A DNA stretch of 64,000 nt. Origin: Candidatus Omnitrophota bacterium. Its GTDB lineage: Bacteria > Omnitrophota > Gorgyraeia > Gygaellales > Profunditerraquicolaceae. The stretch covers positions 61,755 through 125,754 of the forward strand of contig JBDRAV010000002.1 in assembly GCA_043823435.1 (NCBI GenBank), written 5' to 3'. The notes beneath the pieces are model-generated. The model did not search any database. It worked only from the letters and a program-made list of their open reading frames with translations, and was not told the origin of the DNA. Position numbers and translations under genes: made by a program. This document shows, piece by piece, positions 1-9,117 of this stretch; positions within the stretch are counted from its first letter, which is position 1; each line of letters begins with the position of its first letter.

Positions 1-106
1 CGCAGGAGCTGAGGGTACAGCGCAAGAGCCGCAGGCAGACAATAAGAAGGACGAAGATATCATCGATGCGGAGTATAAAGAAGAGGATGGCAAGGATAAG
101 AAGTAA
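1..106 (+). CDS. dnaK: 3' end of molecular chaperone DnaK (partial; C-terminal 34 codons, stop at 104-106)
   Basis: Frame starting at nt 2 reads ...AGAEGTAQEPQADNKKDEDIIDAEYKEEDGKDKK*, the typical acidic/lysine-rich DnaK tail with a DAEY/F-EE motif; dnaJ follows immediately as in the canonical dnaK-dnaJ arrangement. Confidence 0.55.
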   Translation, partial: AGAEGTAQEPQADNKKDEDIIDAEYKEEDGKDKK

Positions 107-208
107 GCTTGTTTATAGGTTATGGTTCACGGTTCATTGTCAATAAATTAAAGAGCAGTCTCTTGCAGCATTTTATTTACCATCAACTATGAACTTTGAA
201 CTAATATA

Positions 209-1321
209 ATGATGGCGACGAAACGCGACTATTACGAGATCCTGGGTGTTAAGAAAGGCGCGGCCCTTGATGAGATAAAGAAATCCTACCGGGAATTGGC
301 CTTGCGCTATCATCCAGATAGGGTGCCTCATGAACAGAAAAAAGAAGCAGAAGAGAAGTTCAAGGAGATCTCTGAGGCATATGCTGTGCTCTCTGATTCC
401 CAGAAGCGTGCACTTTATGACCAGTACGGACACTCCGGAATAGACCAGAAGTATGCCTATGAAGATATCTTTAAGGGGGCAGACTTTAGCAGCGTCTTTA
501 ACGGCATGGGGGATTCTGGCCTAGGAGGAGGAATCTTTGAGGAGATATTTGGTGACCTTGGCTTTGATATCTTCGGCGGAAGAGGAAGGCACGGCGGACG
601 CTCCCGCAGGGGAAGAGACCTTGAGATTACTATAGATATAACCCTGGAAGAGGCAGCGGCCGGTACGGAAAAGACGGTTACCGTACCGCGCTATGAAACA
701 TGTACCACATGTTCGGGCAGCGGAGCAAAGCCGGGGACTAAGAAAGTTACATGCTCTCAGTGTAGAGGTTCTGGTCGCGTAGTGGTTTCCAGCGGTTTCT
801 TTCAGGTTGCCCAAACTTGTCCACGCTGCAGGGGAGAAGGTTCGGTTATACAGAGCCCCTGTTCTGATTGCCGCGGCGAAGGCCGCACAAAAATTATCCG
901 CAAGATTAAAGTAAAAGTACCCACGGGCGTAGCTACCGGTTCGCATTTAAGGGTACGCGGTGAAGGGGAGGCAGGTACTGCAGGCCGCGGTGATTTGTAC
1001 GTGATTATTGAAGTATTGCCGCACAATATTTTCCAGAGGCATAATAATGATATATTGACCGAAATAACCATCAGTTTAACCAAGGCGATACTGGGAGCTG
1101 AGGTAGATGTGCTTACTCTTAACGGTAAGGTAGAAATGAAGATACCCGCAGGGACACAGCCAGGGAGGGTATTCCGTCTTAAAGAGAAGGGTATACCAGA
1201 TGTGCACGGCAGAGGCATAGGAGATGAATTGGTAAGAGTGAATGTGGAGATCCCCAGCCGCCTTACAGCCGAGCAGCGCCGGTTGATCGAAGAGTTTGCC
1301 AGGCTTTCTGGAGAAGGATAA
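209..1321 (+). CDS. dnaJ: Chaperone DnaJ (J domain, G/F-rich linker, four CxxCxGxG zinc-finger repeats)
   Basis: DYYEILGV...[13 protein letters not shown]-domain with HPD; [32 protein letters not shown] repeats. Confidence 0.95.
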   Translation: MMATKRDYYEILGVKKGAALDEIKKSYRELALRYHPDRVPHEQKKEAEEKFKEISEAYAVLSDSQKRALYDQYGHSGIDQKYAYEDIFKGADFSSVFNGMGDSGLGGGIFEEIFGDLGFDIFGGRGRHGGRSRRGRDLEITIDITLEEAAAGTEKTVTVPRYETCTTCSGSGAKPGTKKVTCSQCRGSGRVVVSSGFFQVAQTCPRCRGEGSVIQSPCSDCRGEGRTKIIRKIKVKVPTGVATGSHLRVRGEGEAGTAGRGDLYVIIEVLPHNIFQRHNNDILTEITISLTKAILGAEVDVLTLNGKVEMKIPAGTQPGRVFRLKEKGIPDVHGRGIGDELVRVNVEIPSRLTAEQRRLIEEFARLSGEG

Positions 1322-1426
1322 ATAAAGATAACTTTACGGATAAGATAAAGAAAGCATTTAAATAAAGTTATGAAAGTTAGACTCATAACTCATAACCAGT
1401 AACTCCGAGCGACGAAAGGAGCGAGG

Positions 1427-1702
1427 ATGCCCACGTACGAATATGAATGCAGGCATTGCGGGTATAAATTTGAAGTATCCCAAAAGATCACCGAGAAGCA
1501 TCTGGATAATTGCCCGAAGTGCAACAATAAAATAAACAGGCTTATCGGTTCAGGTTTAGGTATAATCTTTAAGGGTTCAGGTTTCTACGCTACGGATTAC
1601 CGTAAGGGAATCCCTTCCAAAGCGCAGGAGAATGAGAAGACTGCTTGCCCTAAAATTAAAGACGGATGCCAAGGCTGCAATTTAACAGAAAACCCCTCTT
1701 AG
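1427..1702 (+). CDS. FmdB-family zinc-ribbon protein
   Basis: MPTYEYECRHCGYKFEV...CPKCN: classic FmdB/CxxC-x17-CxxC zinc ribbon N-terminus. Confidence 0.7.
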   Translation: MPTYEYECRHCGYKFEVSQKITEKHLDNCPKCNNKINRLIGSGLGIIFKGSGFYATDYRKGIPSKAQENEKTACPKIKDGCQGCNLTENPS

Positions 1703-1705
1703 CGC

Positions 1706-2992
1706 ATGGCAAGAATAGAGCCATTTAGAGCAGTTATATATAATCAGGGAGTGATTGGTGATCTTTCTTCCGTTGCATGCCCGCCTTATGACGTGATCTC
1801 GCCAGCCAAACAGCAATACTACCATGATCTCAGCCCGCATAATTTTATCCGTATACTTCTAGGGAAGGATCTTCCGAAGGAAGATAAGTACCGCAGGGCA
1901 GCGCAACTCTTCAATAATTGGCAGAAAGAAAAGGTGTTCATCCCGGACAGTAGCCCGGCAATCTATTTCTACAGCCAGCAATACAATTTAAAAGGAGAAA
2001 AAAAGACGCGTATGGGTTTTATCGCGCGTTTACGCCTGGAAGACAAGAATTCGGTCATATACACCCACGAACGCACGCGGGTCGAGCCGAAAGAGGACAG
2101 GTTGAAACTTTTGAAAGCGGTAAAGACGAATTTAAGCCCCATATTTGTCGTTTTTTCAGATAAAAAACGCGTCATCCGGTATGTCTACGAAACACAGGCC
2201 AGGGATACCGAACCTTTTATCGATATAGTGGATCAGGACAAGGTTTCCCATAAAATATGGAGGCTGGGAGGGGAGCACATTTTAAATAGAATACAGGCAG
2301 ATATGCAAAAAGAGAATATTTTCATTGCCGACGGCCATCATCGCTATGAGGTAGCCTGCGCATATAGAAGGGAGATGATAAAGAAATTAGGCGCCCCTGA
2401 CGACGGAGCAGGTTTCAATTATATCTTGGCTTATTTTACAAATACAAGCTCCAGCGCCCTAACCATATTGCCGATTCACCGGCTCCTTAAATTATCTCCG
2501 AGGCAGGATACGGGCAAGTTTATGGCGAGCCTGAAAGAGCACTTTGACCTAGAAGAGGTAAAAGATAAGGTGCGTTTCTTTTTTCTTATGGAGAAGGGCG
2601 GGCGTAGCGAACACCTGCTGGGAATGTATTGTGCAAAGAAGTACTGGCTCCTGCGTTTGAAGAATATCAAGATACTGGATAGGATAATCAGCGATAAACC
2701 GCGTGAGTTCAGATCCCTGGATATAGCCATACTCAATTACCTTATATTGAGGAGGACCTTGGGAGTAGACCTGGAAGATAAGGATATCCTTACGTTCAGC
2801 CACGACGCCAAGGAACTTGTCGAGAAAGCCGACAGTGACAGTTCTTACGTCGTCTTTTTTCTTAACCCGGTGAGAATGGAACAGATAATCTCAGTTGCCA
2901 AGACCGGTGAGAATATGCCGTCTAAATCGACTTATTTTTATCCGAAGGTACTCTCGGGATTACTGATAAATAAACACAAAGAGAATAGTTAG
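1706..2992 (+). CDS. DUF1015-family conserved protein
   Basis: N-terminus MARIEPFRAVIYN...PPYDVIS and size (428 aa) match the DUF1015 family; function unknown. Confidence 0.55.
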   Translation: MARIEPFRAVIYNQGVIGDLSSVACPPYDVISPAKQQYYHDLSPHNFIRILLGKDLPKEDKYRRAAQLFNNWQKEKVFIPDSSPAIYFYSQQYNLKGEKKTRMGFIARLRLEDKNSVIYTHERTRVEPKEDRLKLLKAVKTNLSPIFVVFSDKKRVIRYVYETQARDTEPFIDIVDQDKVSHKIWRLGGEHILNRIQADMQKENIFIADGHHRYEVACAYRREMIKKLGAPDDGAGFNYILAYFTNTSSSALTILPIHRLLKLSPRQDTGKFMASLKEHFDLEEVKDKVRFFFLMEKGGRSEHLLGMYCAKKYWLLRLKNIKILDRIISDKPREFRSLDIAILNYLILRRTLGVDLEDKDILTFSHDAKELVEKADSDSSYVVFFLNPVRMEQIISVAKTGENMPSKSTYFYPKVLSGLLINKHKENS

Positions 2993-3111
2993 CTGAATAT
3001 ATTATTGATAAACAAACCTATCCCTCTTTTATGTTTATTAATAAGGAGGGAGGTTAATTCGCGCATATAACTTACTCATACTTTCGTATTCGTAAGTTAT
3101 GCGCTCATTAA

Positions 3112-3951
3112 ATGGCTCTGTTCGGTAAACCAAAATACACAATAGTGAGTTTGAAGAAAAAGGAGATCCCCGAAGGGCTCTGGACAAAATGCGGGGGATG
3201 TTCCGAGGCGCTCTATAACAAAACGCTTGAAGAGAATCTTAAGGTCTGCCCGAAATGCGGTTACCATTTTGTGCTCGGGGCCTATGAGAGGATAGAAACG
3301 TTTCTGGATAAAGATACGTTCAGGGAATACGATAAAGATATGCTCTCGGCAGACCCCCTTGAATTTAAGGGCCCGAAGACTTACGCGGAGAAGATGTCGC
3401 AGGACCAGCTTACCACGGGTTTGAAAGAAGCGGTAGTGACCGGCGAAGGGCTCTTAGATGGTAAAAAGCTGATTATCGGGGTTACGGACTCACGTTTCAT
3501 CATGGGCTCGATGGGTTCGGTAGTGGGAGAGAAGATAACCCGCGCCATAGAGAGCGCGACGAAAGAAAGGCTGCCCCTGGTCATTATCTCTGGCTCCGGG
3601 GGCGGGGCAAGGATGTATGAGGGATTATTCAGCCTGATGCAGATGGCAAAGACATCAGCCGCGCTTTATTACTACCATAAAGCCAGGCTTCCTTATATAT
3701 CCATACTGACTAACCCTACCATGGCGGGCGTGATGGCTTCATTCGCGGGGTTAGGCGATATAATTATCGCTGAACCAAAGGCATTAATCGGTTTTACGGG
3801 ACCCAGGGTCATAGAGCAGACTATAAGGCAGAAACTGCCTTTGGGGTTTCAGCGCTCGGAATTTTTGCTGGAGCACGGCATGATCGATATGGTGGTACTC
3901 AGGAAGAATATGAAAGGCACGGTTGGCCAGATAATTGATTATCTGAGCTGA
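3112..3951 (+). CDS. accD: Acetyl-CoA carboxylase carboxyltransferase beta subunit
   Basis: N-terminal CGGC...CPKCGYHF zinc finger followed by a carboxyltransferase domain (GSMGSVVGEKI, GGARMYEG). Confidence 0.9.
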   Translation: MALFGKPKYTIVSLKKKEIPEGLWTKCGGCSEALYNKTLEENLKVCPKCGYHFVLGAYERIETFLDKDTFREYDKDMLSADPLEFKGPKTYAEKMSQDQLTTGLKEAVVTGEGLLDGKKLIIGVTDSRFIMGSMGSVVGEKITRAIESATKERLPLVIISGSGGGARMYEGLFSLMQMAKTSAALYYYHKARLPYISILTNPTMAGVMASFAGLGDIIIAEPKALIGFTGPRVIEQTIRQKLPLGFQRSEFLLEHGMIDMVVLRKNMKGTVGQIIDYLS

Positions 3952-4013
3952 TCTTTTATAGATAATTGTTATAATAATGCCGCTATTTTTTTAAACGAAC
4001 GGAGCAAAAAAGA

Positions 4014-5117
4014 ATGGCGCAGGTAAGCCTAAAGAATGTTTCAAAAGAATTCTCTAACGGCACCAAGGCGGTCAACAATATTTCATTGGGGGTTGAGAAT
4101 AAGGAATTCATGGTCTTAGTCGGGCCTTCCGGGTGCGGTAAGTCTACGACCTTAAGGATGATTGCCGGTTTAGAAGAGATAACGCAGGGAGATATCTATA
4201 TAGGCGATAAACTGGTTAACGACATACCCGCTAAGGACCGCGATATCGCCATGGTCTTCCAGAATTACGCGATCTATCCGCACTTTACCGTATTTGATAA
4301 TATGGCATTCGGCCTGAAGCTGAGAAATTACCCCAAGCCCGAGATCGTCCGCAGGGTCAATGAAGCAGCCGAGATCTTAAGCATAAGGCATCTTTTGAAC
4401 CGCAAACCCCGCGAGCTCTCCGGCGGCGAGAGGCAGCGCGTTGCCGTAGGCAGGGCGATTGTCAGGAAACCCGCGGTCTTTTTGTTCGATGAGCCATTAA
4501 GCAACCTTGACGCAAAGTTAAGGATCCAGATGCGCACTGAGATACACAAGCTGCATATAAGGCTTCAATCAACGATAATATACGTTACCCACGACCAGGT
4601 TGAAGCTATGACTATGGGCGACAGGATAGCCGTAATGAGAGGCGGAATATTGCAGCAGGTAGATGATCCCATGCAGGTCTATGACCATCCGAAAAATAAA
4701 TTTGTTTCCGGATTTATCGGTTCCCCTCCCATGAGTTTCATGGAAGGCAGGATAATCAATAAAAACGGGAGAATATATTTTGAGGAAGGCAGGGTAGCCG
4801 TAAGGGTCGTTGAAGACATGTATCCGAAAATCACTCCTTATATCGGAAAGGAGATCATCTTCGGTATACGCTCAGAGGATATTTACGATAAATTATTTGT
4901 TTCAGAGGCGCCTCCGGAGAATATTATAAGGGTAAATTGCGAAGTAGTGGAGCCCATGGGTTCTGAGGTATACCTGTATTTAAATACCGGAAAACATACT
5001 TTTGTTGCCCGTGCCGGAGCGCACGACAGGCCGCGCGTAAACCAGAATATGGAAGTGGTTTTCGATATGAGTAAGGTGCACTTTTTCGACAAGAATACCG
5101 AAGAGACGATTGCATAG
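4014..5117 (+). CDS. ABC transporter ATP-binding protein, sugar-import type (MalK/UgpC/MsmX-like) with C-terminal TOBE domain; no permease gene adjacent
   Basis: Walker A GPSGCGKST, Q-loop, LSGGERQRVAVGRA signature, Walker B FLFDEPLSNLD; C-terminal regulatory domain. Confidence 0.9.
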   Translation: MAQVSLKNVSKEFSNGTKAVNNISLGVENKEFMVLVGPSGCGKSTTLRMIAGLEEITQGDIYIGDKLVNDIPAKDRDIAMVFQNYAIYPHFTVFDNMAFGLKLRNYPKPEIVRRVNEAAEILSIRHLLNRKPRELSGGERQRVAVGRAIVRKPAVFLFDEPLSNLDAKLRIQMRTEIHKLHIRLQSTIIYVTHDQVEAMTMGDRIAVMRGGILQQVDDPMQVYDHPKNKFVSGFIGSPPMSFMEGRIINKNGRIYFEEGRVAVRVVEDMYPKITPYIGKEIIFGIRSEDIYDKLFVSEAPPENIIRVNCEVVEPMGSEVYLYLNTGKHTFVARAGAHDRPRVNQNMEVVFDMSKVHFFDKNTEETIA

Positions 5118-5161
5118 ATTATCAGTTTTATTTGGTATAAGACAGGGCTTGTAACAAAGAT

Positions 5162-6445
5162 GTGCGGGATAAAAGGAAAATCCTATCCCCATTCTGCGCG
5201 AATACCGCCTTCGTCAGGCCCGCTTTCTTCATCCCTGCGATGTTCCATATAGATATGCCCCTACCAAGATTATTAGCCGTTTTCCTCCTAGTCAATATAA
5301 TCAGTGTATATTACCTGTTTAACAGGTATTACAGGAAAAAGCGCTCTCTTGCGATAAACAGCCAGGGCCTGGAAGAGAAGATAAATATCCTGAATACCGA
5401 AAACGTCCGGGAAGAAAGAAACAATTCTGCATTGCAGGAAAAGATCAAGCGCTACAGCGGTCTTAAAGAGATCGTCGAAGTGATAGACCAGAAACTGGAC
5501 CTGGAATATATAGGGGAGAGCCTTACATCAATTGCTTTCTCCATGATTGGCGCAAGTAAAGGGACGTGTACGCTATATTTACTGGATAACCGGACTCAGC
5601 GCCTGAGCCTTTTTAAGACAAAAAAAGAGAATGAGGGGCTGATCATTAAGGCGAAAGATGGGGATATCTTTGACCTGTGGGTATTAAGGCATTTCAGCCC
5701 TTTGTTAATAGAAGATACCAAGAGGGACTTCCGTTTCGACCTGGAGAAGATAGGGGTTAAAGATATAAGGCCTATTTCTTCCTTGATCAGTTCGCCGCTG
5801 ATAAGTGAGCATAAGTTTTTGGGGTTGCTAAGGATCGATAATCCATCCCCCGGATTTTATTCCCAGGATGACCTCAGGTTTCTGGCAACCGTATGCGATC
5901 TTGGGGCGGTCGCTATTGAAAACGGGGAGCTCTTCCAACGGACCAGGGATCTGGCTATCCACGATGAATTGACCCGTCTTTATACCAAGGGGTATTTCAT
6001 TGAGCAATTGGGAATAAAATGCAACAGGGGCCTGCGCCAGAATGCGTTCTTTTCGCTGCTCATGTTTGATATCGACTATTTTAAAAATTACAACGATAAA
6101 TTCGGGCATACCAGCGGCGATTTAGTATTAAAGAGCTTGAGCCATACCATAACTGATTCCTTAAAGAAATTCGACCCTCTTGTAAGCCGTTTCGGAGGAG
6201 AGGAATTCTGTGTAATCCTGCCTTCCCAGGACAAGAATGCCGCTTACATTATCGCCGATGAGCTCAGGGCAAAAATAGAGAAAACAAAGATAATCTTACG
6301 TAACGAGGAGACACATATCAGGGTCTCTATAGGTGTAGCTTCTTTCCCGCGGGATGCTATGGATGCGGATGGGCTTATCTTGAGGTCTGACAAGGCGATG
6401 TATGAAGCAAAACAGAACGGGAGAAACCGGGTATGCTTAGCCTGA
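5162..6445 (+). CDS. Membrane-anchored GAF-GGDEF diguanylate cyclase (start uncertain: GTG at 5162, alternative ATG at 5237/5255)
   Basis: N-terminal TM helix, coiled-coil, GAF-like middle region, C-terminal GGDEF domain with GGEEF active-site motif (SRFGGEEFCVIL). Confidence 0.8.
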   Translation: MRDKRKILSPFCANTAFVRPAFFIPAMFHIDMPLPRLLAVFLLVNIISVYYLFNRYYRKKRSLAINSQGLEEKINILNTENVREERNNSALQEKIKRYSGLKEIVEVIDQKLDLEYIGESLTSIAFSMIGASKGTCTLYLLDNRTQRLSLFKTKKENEGLIIKAKDGDIFDLWVLRHFSPLLIEDTKRDFRFDLEKIGVKDIRPISSLISSPLISEHKFLGLLRIDNPSPGFYSQDDLRFLATVCDLGAVAIENGELFQRTRDLAIHDELTRLYTKGYFIEQLGIKCNRGLRQNAFFSLLMFDIDYFKNYNDKFGHTSGDLVLKSLSHTITDSLKKFDPLVSRFGGEEFCVILPSQDKNAAYIIADELRAKIEKTKIILRNEETHIRVSIGVASFPRDAMDADGLILRSDKAMYEAKQNGRNRVCLA

Positions 6446-7431
6446 TCATATTGGTTTTATTCAGCATGTTTCTGCATCTATCCTTGCGTAGTAGGTTAGA
6501 GGGGCGGATAGTCAGCGTGCCTGTTTTTAACCATGCTAAGGGAGAATACGACAGGCTGCTTGCGCATAACGATGAACTTAAGGCCGCTAATCAGGACCTG
6601 CAGGTGATTCTTGAAGGTATCATGGCGCTTTACGATATAACAAAACAGATCTGCAAGACCCTGGAGATAGATAAGGTCTTTGGAAACTTCAAGAGCGAGA
6701 TGAACAAATACATCAGGTCAGGCGATTGCCAATTTCTCAAGGGAGAGGTAGACATATCTTTTTATAAAGATAAAGCTTACGCGATAATCCCGCTAAACAT
6801 AAACGATAAGCTTGTGGGTTATCTGGTAGCTGACGGGATAAGTCGGGAGGACAAGGAAAGGTTCCATATACTATCCCAGCAATTTCTTCTTGGGGTTAAA
6901 AGGGCAATACTTTATCAGGATGTGCAGGGGTTGGCTATTATAGACAGCCTGACCAATATCTTTAACCGCCGCCATTACATGGAGAGGTTCAAGGAGGAGA
7001 TAGAACGCTCAAGGAAGTCCAAATATAAATTCTGCTGTCTGATGGTAGACATAGATTATTTCGAAAGTTTTAATGACCGCTACGGCCATATAGTAGGAGA
7101 TGCCATATTAAGGGAACTCTCTAAGGCCATACAGGAGAATATCAGGCAGATTGACCTGATTTGCAGGTATGGGGGAGAAGAGTTTTCCCTTATCTTGAGC
7201 GAGACGGATAAAGAGGCGGCCAAATTTGCAGCAGAACGTATACGTTTGGCCGTACAGGACAGGCGCATACGCGTATACGACGAAGAATTAAAGGTCACGG
7301 TGAGTATCGGCATTTCTGCTTATCCTGATGACGGCAAAGATATGGTAAAGCTTATCGATGCCGCGGATTCGGCTCTATACCGGGCAAAGCAGGAAGGCAG
7401 AAACAGGGCTTTTATCTATGGAGCCAAGTAA
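6433..7431 (+). CDS. GGDEF-domain diguanylate cyclase (second tandem copy)
   Basis: RYGGEEFSLIL GGDEF motif and a C-terminal KQEGRNR like the upstream paralog; overlaps upstream gene by 13 nt. Confidence 0.8.
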   Translation: MLSLIILVLFSMFLHLSLRSRLEGRIVSVPVFNHAKGEYDRLLAHNDELKAANQDLQVILEGIMALYDITKQICKTLEIDKVFGNFKSEMNKYIRSGDCQFLKGEVDISFYKDKAYAIIPLNINDKLVGYLVADGISREDKERFHILSQQFLLGVKRAILYQDVQGLAIIDSLTNIFNRRHYMERFKEEIERSRKSKYKFCCLMVDIDYFESFNDRYGHIVGDAILRELSKAIQENIRQIDLICRYGGEEFSLILSETDKEAAKFAAERIRLAVQDRRIRVYDEELKVTVSIGISAYPDDGKDMVKLIDAADSALYRAKQEGRNRAFIYGAK

Positions 7432-7434
7432 TAA

Positions 7435-7510
7435 ATAGGGACAGCGACTATTTTTCTTATTCAAAGATAGAAAATAGTCGCTGTCCCTATAATATTGTCC
7501 CTATAATATT
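7435..7510. promoter_or_regulatory. 20-bp perfect inverted repeat (ATAGGGACAGCGACTATTTT / AAAATAGTCGCTGTCCCTAT) with 16-nt loop, followed by tandem GTCCCTATAATATT x2 (two TATAAT boxes); terminator-like hairpin and/or operator upstream of glk
   Basis: Direct reading: 7435-7454 is the exact reverse complement of 7471-7490; the 14-mer GTCCCTATAATATT occurs at 7483-7496 and 7497-7510. Confidence 0.5.
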
Positions 7511-7549
7511 TATTGCAATTGAGGCATCTTTACGATAAAATAAGCGCTT

Positions 7550-8476
7550 ATGGCGAAGAAATTTATCATAGCTATTGATTTAGGCGGGACGAATTTAAAG
7601 ATCGCACTCCTTGATACCCGCTGCCGGATTAAAGACAAGATCATTCTAAGTACGCATCGGTTCAGTAATAAAGAGATGCTTATTTCGGCAATCTCGGATT
7701 CCGTAGATAAGATTATAAAGGATAATAAGTTAAGTAAGCGGGATATCCTTGGTATCGGCGTGGGGTTAGCCGGATTGATAGATTATGAAAAAGGGGTAGT
7801 CCATTTCCTGCCTAATATCCCCGGATGGAAAGAAGTAGCGCTTAAGCGCATTCTTGAAAGAAGGCTTGGGTTGCCGGTATTACTGGATAACGATGTTAAC
7901 TTGATGTCGCTGGCAGAATATAAAATGGGAGCAGCGAAGGGTTCTAAGAATGCAATATGTATTACCCTGGGTACGGGCGTAGGGGCGGGTATTATCATTA
8001 ACGGTAGCCTTTACCGCGGGTCATCTAACGCAGCCGGGGAAATAGGGCATATGCCTATTAATGAAAAAGGGCCCCGTTGTAATTGCGGCGGCAGCGCATG
8101 CCTTGAGGATTATATCGGCAATAGCATAGTCTTAAAAGAGGCAAAGGGCGTCTTCAGGCGGGATATCTCTCTTGAGGAGTTAAGCTGTTTGGCGAAGAGG
8201 GGAGACCGCAGGGCCCGGGCAATATGGCTAAAAGTAGCCGGAAGATTATCGGTTGCGCTTGTGGGCGTAACAAACCTGCTTAATCCCGACCGTATAGTTA
8301 TCGGCGGAGGAGTGGCAGGCGCGGGGAAAATATTATTTAAAAATATAAGAAAGATTATCATGCAGCGGGCAATGAGCGTGCAGGCAGGGAAGGTGAAAGT
8401 CTATAAGGCGAAACTGGGAAATAATGCGGGTTTAATCGGGGCAGCCATACTCGTGAAGCATGAGGCTGGAAGATGA
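7550..8476 (+). CDS. glk: ROK-family glucokinase (no N-terminal HTH, so kinase rather than repressor)
   Basis: [13 protein letters not shown] ATPase N-terminus and the ROK zinc motif CNCGGSAC; length 308 aa. Confidence 0.85.
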   Translation: MAKKFIIAIDLGGTNLKIALLDTRCRIKDKIILSTHRFSNKEMLISAISDSVDKIIKDNKLSKRDILGIGVGLAGLIDYEKGVVHFLPNIPGWKEVALKRILERRLGLPVLLDNDVNLMSLAEYKMGAAKGSKNAICITLGTGVGAGIIINGSLYRGSSNAAGEIGHMPINEKGPRCNCGGSACLEDYIGNSIVLKEAKGVFRRDISLEELSCLAKRGDRRARAIWLKVAGRLSVALVGVTNLLNPDRIVIGGGVAGAGKILFKNIRKIIMQRAMSVQAGKVKVYKAKLGNNAGLIGAAILVKHEAGR

Positions 8477-9117
8477 AGATCTTCATCGATACGGCAAACG
8501 TCAAAGAGATAAGAGAAGCGGAGTCATTAGGGGTAATTGACGGCGTAACGACAAATCCGACTTTGATCGCAAGAGAAAAACGTAAAGCGCATGATCTGAT
8601 AAAAGAGATCTGTTCCCTGGTAGAAGGTCCGGTGAGCGCAGAAGTCATCGGGCTGCAATCAAAGGATATGGTTAAGGAGGCCGTGGAACTTTCAGAGATA
8701 GCAAAAAACGTGGTAATCAAGATACCTTTGATCAAGGAAGGGCTTAAGGCGGTAAGGGTCCTGCACGGTAAGGGGATAAAGACTAATGTTACCTTATGTT
8801 TTTCTGCGTCCCAGGCATTACTGGCAGCCAAGGCAGGAGCAGATTACGTTTCGCCGTTTATCGGCAGGCTTGATGATATAAGCCAAAAGGGGATGGATTT
8901 AATCGCCGATATAAAACAGATCTATGCGAATTATAATTTTAAGACCGAGATCATCGTGGCCTCGGTACGCAGCCCCATGCATGTTGTGGAAGCGGCGAAG
9001 ATCGGGGCTGATATAGCCACCGTTCCCTTCGCAGTAATCGAGCAGCTCATAAGACACCCTTTAACGGATACAGGAATCCAGCGGTTCCTGGAGGATTACA
9101 AGAAGATTCCCGGATAA
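8473..9117 (+). CDS. fsa: Transaldolase / fructose-6-phosphate aldolase (Fsa/TalC subfamily)
   Basis: [16 protein letters not shown]...GVTTNPTLI and catalytic-lysine region NVVIKIP; ~215 aa, typical of Fsa/short transaldolases. Confidence 0.9.
   Translation: MKIFIDTANVKEIREAESLGVIDGVTTNPTLIAREKRKAHDLIKEICSLVEGPVSAEVIGLQSKDMVKEAVELSEIAKNVVIKIPLIKEGLKAVRVLHGKGIKTNVTLCFSASQALLAAKAGADYVSPFIGRLDDISQKGMDLIADIKQIYANYNFKTEIIVASVRSPMHVVEAAKIGADIATVPFAVIEQLIRHPLTDTGIQRFLEDYKKIPG

Noticed and set aside
802-1386. 194-aa minus-strand ORF antisense to dnaJ
   Set aside because: Entirely embedded antisense in a confidently identified dnaJ; low-complexity composition, no RBS, no recognizable motifs.
8358-8831. 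157-aa minus-strand ORF overlapping glk/fsa
   Set aside because: Antisense to two well-supported genes; typical shadow ORF.
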